From assembly GCF_009914755.1 (NCBI RefSeq), contig NC_060933.1: 64,000 nucleotides of DNA; one strand, 5' to 3'. The notes below the pieces were generated by a model. It did no database searches and was not told where the DNA came from. It saw nothing but the letters and a program-made list of their open reading frames with translations. Positions within the stretch are counted from its first letter, which is position 1; the number at the start of each line of letters is the position of its first letter. This document shows positions 11,792-25,765 of the stretch, piece after piece. Both the position numbers and the translations under genes were made by a program. This DNA comes from the human T2T-CHM13v2.0 reference genome, Homo sapiens.

Positions 11792-14700
11792 CCTGGATTC
11801 CTTATGAGTATCATGTGAGGACTTTGTTAGCATAGGGTACTGGCTTACCATATAGAGACTAAAATATTCTTTAAACTTTCTTTTTATCATAATAGGTGGC
11901 TGAATTTAAGCAGTTTTAAATTACATTCTTGCTTGACTTACACCTAAATGTCAATTTTCTTCGGATTACAAAAGCACGATATGAATTAATGTGACCGCCC
12001 TACCACCACCCCCATACAAAAACCCATTAGGAATTTTCTGAGATTTAAGTAACATGGAATTTGATTACACAGTGCATTCTGGGGCTCAGCCACAGCAGGC
12101 TGTAGGTACCAGGCAGGCTGATTATGACTTAACGCATTGTTTCAATGTGATTTTGCAAAGGATTTCATTTAATGCAGATTAGTAAGTTTATTAAGCTGTT
12201 GATAATTGAAGCCTCTTAAGTTTGGTAAGTACCATCGAGTGAGGTAGATTAGTGGGGTTTAATTTGTTGCTCTCAAATAGCAAACGAAGACTTAGCAGAA
12301 TAATTACATCTCCTCTGTGGGCTAACAAAAGATGACATTGCAATGGTGCTTTTGGCCATTTCTGCATTTCTGCATTTCTGCAGTTTCCTTTACAGTACTG
12401 CCTTTAGAGTTTTCCCCCATTGCTCTCAAGTGACCAAACTCATCAACTTTTCTGTTGTTTCCTGAAATTATCTCTTTATTCCCTTGGTCACATTTTAACT
12501 ACATTGAGGGTAGGGACTGTGTCTCCTCTGATTGCTAAGTATCTGGCATTTAGAGGGGCTCAGTATGTGTGTTTAAGAGAGGAATGAATTATCTTAAACA
12601 ATCATAAAGTATGTTCTGAAAATAACATTATCATCAAGTTTTCAAGTGCTAGGAAGTTATTCTTAGCCAGAGCGTTAAGTAGCTGTGTCAGCCAAAAGAC
12701 TAAGAGTCAACTCAACTTATTAAAGGGATTGTATCAATGAGTAAAATTATTTATTATTTCATAAATCCTTGGCCACACAGAGTGCTCAGCCCAAGTTAGT
12801 CTACCAAACACATTAACTTAATCTCTGGCATGACCAGGTCCTCATTTTGTTACATGCCTATGGTGTCATTGCAAGAGAAAGAGTCTTTATCCTTCTGAGA
12901 CTCCTAGGTCTGCCATATTTCTAGCAGAGTCATAAATCAGATGGTAGAAAATGCTACACTGGCATGAGCTTACATAAATTATATCTCTTAAGAGGAAATG
13001 CCAAAGCTGTTTGGAATGGCTGTAAATGGATTTCTAAAGTCAATTTTGGTTGTCTTTTTCATTGCTGGTTGTTAGAATACCCACAAAACTGCAGGTGTGA
13101 AGGCTTAGGGACTTAGGCCTCAGATAAGGTCATGGTTTTTGTTTTTTTCAAGTGGCTATTCAGGTACTTTATTTTTTTCAGAATGACACCAAAACTTCAC
13201 ACTTAGCAAGAAATTTTGAGTATTCTAGAACACATTGCCTTCCTGAAAACAGATGAATGAATTATCTTAAACAATCATAAAGTATGCTCTGAAAATAACA
13301 TTATCATCCTCTTCTCAAGTTCTTGGAAGTTATTTTTAGCTAGAGCATAAAGTAGCCCACTCCTGGTGTCTCCCTACTTTATAATGTTGATCATATGAGG
13401 TCTACCTTGAATTGTTGAGGTAGTGCACCTTGAAAGATTTAACCAAGTGACTGTGCAAGGATGCTTGGTTGCAGGTCATGGCAACTATTCTCAATGACTT
13501 CATAATACCATAAAGAATAAAGGATAATGAAGGTCGACTCCTTTATTTTACTGAGTGGTGACTTTGTTCTTGACTGGGTACAATTTAAACCATGGAAACA
13601 TTTCCAAAAACAACATTCTGAACATATGTGTTTCCTGTAACATAATAACAATGGGAGAGTAACAAACTTGAAAATGATATATATGTAAGAGTACAAAATC
13701 CAAGAGCTATAGGGAAGTTCTCAAACCAATGTACTTCCTAGAGATCTCCATCAGTACCTCTCTGACCACACGTGGCCATTTTTACAATGATATCACCTCC
13801 ACACCCATCCCCATGGTCATAGCTGAATAGACCAATGGACCAGTGGTAGTGAGTGACTCAGGAGCAAAAAATCCACCAGTGGTCACTACTTTTGACTTTT
13901 GCATTTCCCTCAAAGAGAAACTAACCAATTATAATCCCTTTTCTGAAATTTGAACTTAGAAACTTACAGGAGGCATGGAAAATTAATGCTGACAGGTCTT
14001 GAGGCAGAGAAAGTTCCAAATAGGCAACTACACATGTATTAGCAGAAATTGAGAGAGGAGATTACATGTATTATGAGTACTCTATAGTGCTTGTGCAGTT
14101 AGAAACAGAAATGCTGTGTATAAGACAGAAATCAAGTGGCCTATGAAAGACTGAGAGCTTGAGAAAGTGGTCTCTGATGCTTTTCCCATTCCAATTCTCA
14201 TCAATTTCTAGGCCCACATTAATTTCTCCTCCTCGAAGTGACTTGAGTGATTTTCATAATATAGTTGAAAAAGGTAATGGTAGACTTATATGAGCCAAAG
14301 GTACCAGAAAATTTATTTCTTCACAATTCACAGATTGAGCATTTCATTTGATTTACCTGAGCCCTATGGTAGAAGAAGCTGACATCGAGGGGCGATGAGA
14401 CTTGCTCAAGTTCACACCACTAGTAACTGGCAAAGCCAAAGCAAGGACTTCTTACCCAGATACAATCACTCTTTCATGTAGAAGGCAGGGTCTGGTGGCT
14501 TCTAAGGTAGAGTATTTTTATCTTTGGAAAGAGGCCGAATTTGCAAGACAAGTACAGAGGCTGAAACGTTCTGTGTATATCAGGGGCAAGATCCTAGGAG
14601 TTATTTTGCATTTGGAAACGATTGCAGTTTTAGCTCCGACATGTGTGGGTCTTGATGTCCCAAGGTTTTTTTTTTTGATGTGGTTCATCTAAGGGAATTT

Positions 14701-15166
14701 CATTTTCAGCATTTGGGTAGTTGTTTTCTATTTGCCATCCATAATGAAGGGATTCCTAGGGAGTCAGTGTTAGGGTGTGGTTTATAACAATCCCTTCCAG
14801 GGACAGTATCCAAAAGTAAACTCCTCAAGTTGCTTTTTTAAAACTTATTTTGTATGTTCCTTCTGTATTACAAAAGTTGTGCTAATTAATTGAGGGCCTT
14901 TGGGAAATAGCTACACAGAAAGAAGAAAATAAATATTACCTCCAACCCTAACTCCTGCTCAGAGAACTCTGATACCATGTTGGCATCTATAAGGCAAATG
15001 TCTGATTTCACTTTGGGATGCAGTGACCTGGTGAAAGCATGCAGAACTAAATTAACCATTCATCTGAGAATGCGCTGACCAGGCAAGCAGGGGCAGAACT
15101 GGCGATGGCCCCAGCATGGGGCAAAGTGTGCGTGTGTGTGTGGCATGTGGCAAAGCTGCTTCTTAT

Positions 15167-15256
15167 TACAGAAGTAAACTTTGTGTTTTATGGAAATAAC
15201 TCCGAACAGTCTACAGAAGTCAGCTTTGCATTTTATGTAAATAACTCCGAACAGTC
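15167..15256. repeat. Tandem duplication, 2 x 45 bp
   Basis: tacagaagtaaactttgtgttttatggaaataactccgaacagtc followed by tacagaagtcagctttgcattttatgtaaataactccgaacagtc (5 mismatches). Confidence 0.95.
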
Positions 15257-15449
15257 TCTGTATACAGCTATGCCTTTAGTTTTTGCAACATCCTAAATGT
15301 GTTTGGTTCATGTTCCTGCTTCATAGAGCTAGAGGGCATGTATTCTGCTAATTTAAGTGATTAAATATAAATTATGACAATCCTGGAGATAATTATAAGC
15401 ATACCAATGTATTAGAAAACAGGCTGAGGAATCAATGACTTGAGGCAAA

Positions 15450-15600
15450 ACTCCTGCTAAAAATCATCCCAGGAGTTTGTGAAAAATGCATACTCTGGTC
15501 CCTCGCTCATAGATTCTGAATCTGTAGGTGAAGGTGAGTCTCCAGATTCTCAACTTGTTTATAAAAATCACAGATAATTCCATGAACTGCTTTCTGAATG
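15450..15600. mobile_element. MER5-type remnant
   Basis: aatcatcccaggagtttgtgaaaaatgcatactctgg ... agattctgaatctgtagg. Confidence 0.55.
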
Positions 15601-15814
15601 ACACTGCTAACATTTCCTCTTCATCAGAGTTTCTCAGAGTTGGCCTCCTGACGTCTACTTGCAATGTGCCCAACCCCCTGTTGCTGCCTCCTTTGAGGTC
15701 CTCTTCATCTCACTCCAACTCTAACTGCACTTTTCTAACAGGCTAACACTCTGTGCCCCCAGTCCCTGCTCCCCTCTCCATCCTTGACGGTGCCATAAGA
15801 AGTATCTTCTTAAA

Positions 15815-16038
15815 GCAGGATTTCTCAACTCGGTATTATTGACATTGGGTATTATTGACTATTGCATAATTCTTTGTTGTGGGTGCTGTCTTGTGCCTTG
15901 TAGAATGTTTAGCAACATCTGTGGCCTGTATTCACTAGATACCAGTAGCCCACCTCCAGTTGTGACAACCAAAATTGTCTCTAATCATTGCCAAATGTCC
16001 CTTGAGGGCAAATTTTTTTCCCTGGTTGAAAACCATTG
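15815..16038. mobile_element. MER20 (hAT-Charlie)
   Basis: caggatttctcaac ... tagaatgtttagcaacatc ... gtgacaaccaaaattgtctc ... ggttgaaaaccattg. Confidence 0.9.
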
Positions 16039-16049
16039 TTCCTAAACCT

Positions 16050-16545
16050 TAGGGAAGAATGAGTTAGTCTCTTCATCCAGTGTCTGAATGTTTTACCATA
16101 GCATCCAAATACCTATGTGATTTGCCCCCAAACCACATTTTCTGGCTTGTCTATTATTAAACTTCTCAATAACCCTCACTTTTTACCCAACTAGGTCATT
16201 CCTCCTACTAGCCCTGGCATTCACACTTCTGCACTTGCTTCTGCTTTTTCTCAGGCCTTCGGTGTTCTTCCTTTCTTGCTTGCTTTACCAGGAAAACCTT
16301 AGCTCGCTTCCAAAGCTAAGCTCAAAATCCATTCTCTCCAATTTTTCTTGAGTTTTCTAATTAACTCCTTCTTTTTGTACTACATGTTTACTTCTGCTTT
16401 TGTCTAGAAAGTATTCACTCAAATTTTATTCTGCAACCAATTTTTCCCTATCTCTTTCACCCTTGTAGATAAGGACCAGACCCTATTTCTGCCCAAGTCT
16501 CTGGTACTTAGCATAGAAACAGCACAAATTGCCCTTAATAATACA
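16050..16545 (+). mobile_element. L2 3' region
   Basis: Pyrimidine-rich L2 body ending in gcccaagtctctggtacttagcatag ... cttaataata. Confidence 0.55.
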
Positions 16546-17280
16546 AAGAAACAAAATTTGGCAACCTGGCATTTAAAATATACCACGGAAAGTAAAATTT
16601 TTCAATCTGTATGTTGTAACTGACTCACCAAGAATAATGACAATAAAATTAAATGTGAATGTTATAGACTTTCAGCATTACACTTACAGCCAGGATGTTA
16701 ACCATCAACATTTTAGAAAACTGCATTTGCATTGTACATTAAGTCCTTAGGTAAAGTTAAGTTAAAATCTGTAAGAACAAGTGACACAGTTATTAATAAG
16801 CAGGCCAAATTAAAAAAAGCCACTTTCCAAATAAACACATGAGCCATGGCTACTTTAGTGTTTTTCCTTTAATAGATATAAATTAAACCTCAAATCATCT
16901 TTGAAAAGCACTGATTCAGTAGATATTACGTGGAGCATCGTTGGTGGAACTGTTACAATGGGAACTCCCAAGGAGTTCTAGGTTTTAGGAGATGCTCTAT
17001 TATTGCCTTAAAAATAGCAGTAATTTAAAGTAATTATCTTGTCTCCATTTCCCTCAGTGCCTTGTGCCTTTACTTTATATTGTACAACAAATGCACCTGA
17101 ACCTTCTAATCTTAACCCCGGGTCTACAGTGCTTACTTCTACCACCTTTGCTGCCCTGAACTCAGAAAAAAGAGATAGGGTCAAGGGTTTGAAGGTGAAG
17201 TAAGGACTGCTGAGGAAGAAATATTACTGGGGATGGCGATCCTCTGTGAGTGTCTCTTTTTGTTTATAATGAGTCAACAC

Positions 17281-17605
<325 letters not shown>

Positions 17606-18985
17606 TGACAAATATAACTGCAATTGACAGGAAATAAAATCAAAACATATGATGAGTCAAAAGGAAGGACATTCTTCTACATTAAAATCTGTAATAGCAT
17701 CTGCCTAGAGTTTACCAATATAAACAACCTAACTCCTACATCACTTGGATCTCTGCACACAGGTTACCTGTGGCTAGTGGATTGGGCTACTGCTTAGAAA
17801 GAAAGAGGGCTAAGGATGTGAGTTCCAGCCATCTAGTTTAGGTTGTTTCAGGTTTTATTAAGCTCAAATTGTGTCCTGTCAACATGTAGTCTCCTTCCTA
17901 ACTCCAATGTTGAAGTCACAGAAAGAAAATTAAATAATATTTACTGAAGTTCTGGATATATCTTCAGTGCTAATTGTTCACTGACAAAATGATTCCTCAC
18001 TATGTCATTACTCATCTAAAGTGTTAATCAAACTTAGAAATAATATACAGAATAGAAATCTAAAAATAATTTCTCCATTTTAAGAGCTTATTGGAAAGAA
18101 CATGTGATACAAATTTAATAAGTAAAATTTTATGCTATGATATTTATGCCAGCATGATGCCTTTTTATGTAGTACTTCAGGAGAGTTTTCCTGAATATCT
18201 GGTATGATAAGAAGAGGCTTCTGGCAGGCAACCATATGTTTCTTATTCCAGTAGTTATGATTCTTCTTATTTATGTTACAGTTGAAGGAATGAGGCAGCC
18301 CATACAAATCTATTTTCTTAGTATCTGGGTATCTTGTGGGTTTCAACATCTGTTTGTCAATTACCATCTCATTTCTTTACCACCAGAGAATGGTTTGCCC
18401 CTTTACCTCTATGTACATAAATACACACTCTCATAAGCACAAAGACTTTAATTTGGGCAGAAGCAGAGATACAGTCTATAAAGTACTATGTATCTTTCCC
18501 ATAACCATCATATGATGAAAAATAATGTCAACAACTGTGCAACTGCAGTATGACAAGTGTGAATGCCCTAATTGGTCAACTGGACCAGAATGATGAGTTG
18601 TTGTTTTTATTTTAAACCAATGTCACTTCTAATCTATTACAATGGTAATGAACAGTCAAGCAGCCTATTTCCCACGGATATCTTCAAAGCTCTACAGATT
18701 GCCATTTGAACCATTCTTTAATTGCCTCTGGCACAGATTGTAGCATGCTCCATAGAACCAAGAAGGCGTATTAACTAGATTTGGCTATCCCCAAGTCACT
18801 ATAATGATGAGGCTTTATATGACTAAAGGAGGTTTTAGCTTCAGTCTTTACTATGAACCATTATAACCACCCAGCACATAGTAGGTACCTGAAAAAAGTG
18901 AATTTTTATGGCAATATAGTCACATTTTAATTTCTTGTTGGATTAATGGGAGTTAGGAGTATTTTTTGCTCTTGCTTTTATTTTG

Positions 18986-18987
<2 letters not shown>

Positions 18988-19031
<44 letters not shown>
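18988..19031. repeat. (TG)n microsatellite, about 21 units
   Basis: Seen directly. Confidence 0.95.
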
Positions 19032-19032
<1 letters not shown>

Positions 19033-19539
19033 CCAATCCTAGAAGTAAAATTTTCTGGATAATTAAGATAAAGTTAGAAATTACCAGATATGTATTCTCC
19101 AAGCCTTTTCTCAGAAAAGTTTACTATTTTTTATTAGAAGGGTTTTACTCTTGAATTTAGTTTGCCAGGTACAGGTTTTGTTTTAAACTTTTGCCTATTG
19201 TCTTACATCCATTGTTAATGCATGTTGCATACCATTTGTAAAAATTTCAGATTGAAAGAATGGTTGTATCATATCCTCTTCCTGAGCCAGTGATAGTTCA
19301 CTAGATCTGCCTGTCTACTTTGGCTCAGCAGAGGTGCCTACTTGACTCCTGGGCCTAGGATGAGAAGAGGAAGGAGATGACATGTGGTTCCCTTCAAGCC
19401 GACTTTTGCCTAAGTTAAGGGGTGGTCATGTTTTTAGAATGGGAAGGAGGCTGATTCAACAACATTTCTGATCAAACCTGGAAGATTAGACATATGCATT
19501 TATCTCGATTTCTCTCAAGTATTCTTCTAAAATGAGAGG

Positions 19540-22215
19540 AAAGTTGTAACAACAAAAAGGCATGACCTACAAGGACACCAGTATGGAGAAGGAAGTGGGA
19601 ATACATAACAGATGTCAACAAAATTTTTGGAAATTTCAACATGAATGGATGGGTAGTAATTAACATTGCCAACTAGAGAATGTTCAAAGCTCGGGAACTG
19701 GAAGGGGTGGCACAGCCAGCAAGAAACAACCTGATTCACCCCACTGAAACTCAGATAGGCCTAGGAATAAAGGCACCAGGTATTTTTAAAGGCTAGGAGA
19801 TGGGTGGAATAGCAAGGTCAAGCCCATATGGGACAAATGGTTGAAAGTCTTTAAAAGAACCAGCCAAACTTCTGCCTCCTCTCCACATAGCCAGGAAACT
19901 GCTGCTCTCCCACCAAGGGGAAGACCAGAAGTTGATTCTTTTGAGAAGTTGAACCTTAGACTAGATGTACGGCTGAAAGTATGAGGCACCAGGATGAAAG
20001 CAAAAATATGAGTGAAAGTTTACACATTGATGGGCGAGGTCCCCGCCAACCCCACCTGTTTTCTTACCTCTGTCGGCCACTAGACCATGGTCAGTTTGGC
20101 TCTATGTCCTCCTCCAACCCCCTGACCATCTGTACCCCACCCAACACACACCTTCCAGCAGGATAGTGGTGGACTTTTCTTTGGAAATATTGAAGAGCAC
20201 CAAACAGACCTCATGATCTTGACTTTCAGGAATCTCCTAAGAAAATACTGGGTATCCATAGAAAAGACCACTGGTCAATAAATCCCACCTAAGGACAAAG
20301 AATTCCCAATCTGCATTTTAATGCCTTACTCTGAGGTATAAGAGCAAGCTTATACTTAGGTTTAAGTAATAGAAAAGGCTTAAGTAATAGCCAAGGGTCA
20401 TCAGGAATTAAGGAAAGCCTCTACCATGAAAGACAGGAACCATTAAAATGAAACAATAAAGGAAACAGTACAGAAAAGTATAGTAAAAAGTGTATATATG
20501 GCATATACTTAGTATATACAGTATATATAGTAAACAACATAAAATTAGTATATATGTAGTATATATGCTATATACTATATATAACATACTATAAAATATA
20601 AATATTTATAGCATATTATATATTTATATTTATATATTCTATATAGCATATATAAATATATACACACTATACATTAGTATATATAATATACAAATATAGT
20701 GTACCATATACTATATAGTATATATATAGTCAATAGTACAAAATATATACAATAATATAATCAGTAGCCTCAGAGAACTAAAGAAGACCCAAGCATGGAA
20801 GAAGAGAGACTATAACACAGGACATTTTTAAAACAAGAAGAGAGTGTTAGAAAGTTAAGAGATATAACAAGAAAAACAAAAACCTAAATAGAAGATAAAG
20901 GTGAGGAAGCAAACGTGAGGCTATCTCTTACAAAACAGAACAAAGAGAAAACAGGAGCAAAAAATATATAAGTTAGAGACTCAGTAATAAAGGTTTCCAG
21001 CAAAAGAGAACAGAGAACACCAAAAGAGAAAATTATCAAAAAAATTGATATAAGAAAAACTTCCAGAATTGCAGAACATAAATTTCCAAATTGAAGGGGT
21101 CACTGTGAGTGGCCAGTGGAGTAGATGAAGATAGACCTCCACCAAAGAATAACGCTGTAGAATTTTTAAAGACCAAGACAAAGATAAGATTCTACAGGCT
21201 TCCAGACAGAAGAAAACATATTTCGTAAATAAGATCAAGATTCAAGGAAATCTAGAATGCAATGGGGATATCTTGAAATTATGAGGAAAAGATTTTTAAT
21301 CAAGGGTGAGAATAAAATAAATAAATGTTAGTTCCTAAAATAGTTCAAAATTTAACTCCACATGCTGCAACATTTCATGGGATGCTATTGGAAAATATGC
21401 TCCGTAAACAGGAAAAAACATGGTATCTAAAAACAGGGAACCAAGCACAGGACAGAGGCAGAGGGAATTCATAAAAGGATAGAAAAGCAAAGTGCCAGAT
21501 GATAAGACAGCTCTGCAGCAGAGCTGGGAACAGCCACTCAAGGCTGGAGTGTATGCATGAAAACAACAACAAACACAAACACAACTAACCTAAAGAATTG
21601 TTCAGCAATGGGACACAGGAAGGGGAACATCACACTCCGGGGCCTGTCGTGGGGTGGGGAGAGGGGGGAGGGATAACATCAGGAGATATACCTAATGTCA
21701 ATGACGAGTTAATGGGTGCAGCACACCAACATGGTACATGTATACATATGTAACAAACCTGCACGTTGTGCACATGTACCCTAGAACTTAAAGTATAATA
21801 AAAAATTAGAATTGTTCAGAAAAGGAGATTGAATAATTTTATATACAGTGAAGAAAATTTGCATAGTCATAGAAAATAAAAACACTGAATACTGAAAAAT
21901 TGAAAAAAATAATTGTTAACTGTATGGAGAGTGAGGGAAAAGATGAAGTATATGCTGGGAAAAGGGAATAAAATAGCTAAATCCCATTTTTCAAAGTAAA
22001 AATATCAAACATGCAAAATGAAAAAAGCAGAATTATAAGCATGCTGCTTATAAACATAGAGTTAAATGCCAGAAAAAGATGCTTTTAGAGCTGAAAGCAG
22101 ATGTGAAAGCAGATATGTGGGGTGAGAAGTGTCAGGCAAGGGACCCTGTTTTTTGTGTGAAAGTCCTCGTAGCACTATTTGACTTTTTAAGCTCTATCAT
22201 AAAACTATGTAATAA
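19540..22215 (+). mobile_element. HAL1 / ancient L1 ORF1-like element, interrupted by TA-rich low complexity (about 20470-20760) and an L1PA 3' end
   Basis: gaaaacttccagaattg ... aagattctacaggcttccagacagaagaaaaca ... cagctctgcagcag resembles the degenerate HAL1 ORF1 and 3' region. Confidence 0.6.
21606..21807 (+). mobile_element. 5'-truncated L1PA (PA4-6-like) 3' end, about 200 bp
   Basis: ggacacaggaaggggaacatcacac ... cacatgtaccctagaacttaaagtataataaaaaa; TSD agaattgttcag at 21594-21605 and 21808-21819. Confidence 0.95.
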
Positions 22216-22344
22216 AAATGAACAGCAATAGCAAAATTTGGAAAAACAAAAACTTAAATGGAAGTACTGGAAGATAAAGGTTTCAAATGAATGAAATTGT
22301 ATCCTTAGTTATCTCTCCAGCTCCTCTTGGGTTGTTGTATAAAA

Positions 22345-22530
22345 TGAACATGTATTATGTACCATGAGCCACTGTTAGGAGGTTTCTTATGCATTATCTG
22401 ATTTAATCCTAATGACAACTCTGTAAATTGTCATTTTTGTCCCCACATCCCAGATAAGAAAACTGAGGCTCATTGTTCTGAAGATTTGCTGAAGACCTCA
22501 GGGCTGGCAAAGTCAGACCCAAACTTAAGC
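22345..22530 (-). mobile_element. MIR
   Basis: atttaatcctaatgacaactctg ... cagataagaaaactgaggctca. Confidence 0.75.
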
Positions 22531-23899
22531 CTTTCTCACCTTGTGCCTTAGGCGCTTACCATATCCCAGAGTTTCATTTTATTATATAAGAAAGTTTACT
22601 TCAAAACTTACGGACTACCAAGCTTCTCCCAGCCTACAGATCCACAGCAGGGTGAATACCTGGATAATAACTAGAATTCCGTGGTTGGAGCAGGAGGAAT
22701 TTACGAGGAAAAAAAGGGAAAAAGGAAAGAGATACTGAGAGGACTTTTAATTCTCAGAATGAATCGCCCATGTTATTTTAACATTTTGTGCCTTAACGTT
22801 TTGGAAGATTATATAGAGAAATTAATTATTCATGGAGTAAGATAATTTACTTCTTTTAGCCACAAGTGAATTATACAGTACCAAAAGTGAAATGAGTTAA
22901 TATGTAATATCATTCAGAAAAAGAGGCCTTTATGAGAGTCTGAACATAAAAAAAGGCATCTGTAAATTCGTAGAAATACCTAGAAATAGGGTGATTACTC
23001 TAGATCAGCACTTCTTTGCCTTTAAATAAATGAAGTCAGATCCTGAATTTTGAGATTACAAACAATATCAAAATTATTTTCACAGCTGTGCAACATTTAT
23101 TATCTTGAAAGAATAATGTGGTTTAACATAATTTAATTTTAATTATTTTAATATTTTATACTTTTGGAGAGAAAAAAGTCTCAAGTCAATACATTGCTAC
23201 TTCTTTAGGTTCAAGTTTCAAATTTACCCGTTTGACCTCAAAAAAAAAAAAAAAAAAACTAGCCAATCTGCAAGCATTTATGAGAATCTATCACATTCAT
23301 GGATGGTTAAGACCAGTTCTAAATAAATATATTTCTGCATGTAGCTCAAGAGTTTTCAATTAAAGAGGCTATTCTAATTCTCAATCAATACTTTAATGTA
23401 TGTGGTTAAAATGTAAGTGGTTAAAATCAGTAATTATTATTACAACCATAGTATGTGGTGAAATAGAAAATCAGTTGAACAACAAAATAATATTACAGGT
23501 TTCTTGTTTTGATTGTTACCTTCACATATCTAGGAAGGTCACTTAATTTCTACATGACCGGCTATATCCACAAATAAAATTGAGAAAATACCATCTACTC
23601 TACTTTACAAGGTTGTTAATATGCTGCAACATGAGATAGCATTTTAAGCAAGCACAAAGCACTATCTATCTACAATATATTCTGAAAAAGAGGCAATGTT
23701 GATGATATATTTCCCCAAAGCAGAGTCTCCTGTGCTGGACTGCTATTATTAATATTATATGTAGGGGAAGACATTTTCTGCGACACCAATAATGCTTTTT
23801 CTAATGAAACTATTCCCCACAGGTCCTCCAGATTGGAAGGGCTGCATAACCATGCTAGGGAGGTTTGCTGGGTGAAATCACATGGACCATGCCAGGGGC

Positions 23900-24105
23900 T
23901 TGGGTTAGAGAACTGCCTTTGTCATAAGAAAACTTGGGTAATTCACTTAAATGCTCTTAGCCTTAGTTTTCTTGTGCATAGAAAGGAAGCCCTAAGATGC
24001 TTTATAGGGCTCTCATTAGGTTCAAGTGAATAAAGAATATGAATGGCTAGAGTGTAAGAAGCTCTTTATAAATGATAAAACACTATATAAATATGTTATG
24101 ATGAT
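23900..24105 (+). mobile_element. MIR
   Basis: cttgggtaattcacttaaatgctcttagccttagttttctt ... cactatataaatatgttatg. Confidence 0.6.
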
Positions 24106-25577
24106 GCTACTACTAATAGAAATATCAGTATAACATAAATATCCAATTGTCCCATGGTGACTACGAATGGTTTATGGAATACTACATATATTTCTAGTAG
24201 TAATTTTGATGACTTTGGGATTGAAAGTGTACCTCCTAGATCTGGAAAAATTAGGGCCCTATACTCTTATCTACTGAAAAGGGAAAAACTGTAATTATGG
24301 AACCACATTACTGTGGAAGCAAAGCGCCCTCCTCCTGAAATCCAACACGTGGCGAGATTAAAGGACTAATGGTAATTAAACATTGACACAGAGTGAATAA
24401 GATTAATATTAGAAAAGGATTACATCAGAAAAGATTTACATCAAAGGATTCTTTCTCTTTTCTCCCATAGAAGGCCTAAGACACAAAAGAAGTCTTATGC
24501 AAAACATTCTAAGCCTCTCAGTTATTTTAAAAGAAGCTGAAAAAAATGATGAGGTAAGCACAAATTTCTTCTACTGGAAAATACCAAAAGTTATAATATG
24601 CTTAAGGATTTACTCCACATATGGGAAATAGCAATATATTGGAGGACAAAATGGGTCACGGATGTCCAGGAACTTGGAAAAATGTTTGGAACATTGTTGG
24701 AGGAAAGCATATATAATAGAATGAAAAGGTGCCCATAAGCCATCCCACCAAATTTTAATACCATCACGTGCTCCTTGTTGAGCTACAAAGATGCAAGGAT
24801 TTTGTTTGTTTGTTTGGTGTTAGATACAAATGCAGTGAATATGTGTCTATGAAATGAACATATAGAATAACATTATATGAACAAACAAAAAGGAATATCT
24901 TCAGTGGGGTTGCCCAGGACACTACCAGCTAGGAGCATAGTCAGGATTAGGACCTGGCAGAGGTCTGCTCTAGCCTATGAGGTCAGTGGTTGCCTGGGCC
25001 CAAGGGACCATCGGGCATTACTTGGGTTTTCTGGGACTGTACCACACTGGTTTGCTACATTCAGCATTTGTATCTCATGGATACAAATGCATTTCTTTAA
25101 ATATCAAGATCCATGCTGTTGGTACAAAGGCCAGGGATATTTCTATTAAACACATGTTTCTTGAGCACCTACCATGTACCAGGCACTGCTTTAGGAACTT
25201 GGGAGTACAGTATTGACTAGGAGAGCATTGAACTTTAGGATAAAATACAAGATTAGTTGCAGTTGAGAATTTTCTAAGCAAAAGTGAATGCAAGATTTGG
25301 CTTCTCCAGGACTCAGATCTACATCTATTTGGGCTGTCATACAGAATTGCCATAATATTACCAAAATATATATAGCACTCAACAGTTTGCTATGTAAAGT
25401 TTAGTAGTATCATAACAACATCACTTAGTTATACAATATACCTTCTTGACGATCTGTGTCTTCAAGAAGCTTACATTTTAGTGTCACGCTGATTCTAACA
25501 GGACCTATTGCGGTGCTGAAGCCCTACTGCTAAGATTGTGAATAGAAAATGGGAAAAAAGTTTTGCCGTCAGACAAC

Positions 25578-25765
25578 TTTGGCTTGAATGCTGACTGTAT
25601 TGAGTGCTAGTGCCATGGCTTGGGAAGATACCTTATCTTTTAAGAGCTTGTATTTCTTCATCAGCCCAAAGATGCTAATAGTATCTATCGTCATCAAATG
25701 TTATATTGTACATGAAGGCACTTTGCAAAATGCAAAGTGCTACATAAATGTTAGTGCTATTATGA
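25578..25765 (+). mobile_element. MIR (its 3' half is part of the inverted duplication)
   Basis: ttgggaagataccttatc ... tttcttcatc ... aaagtgctacataaatgttagtgctattatg. Confidence 0.6.

Noticed and set aside
11661-15387. Shared 14-mer atgacaatcctgga at about 11661 and 15374
   Set aside because: Too short and does not extend; expected by chance in 64 kb of AT-rich DNA.
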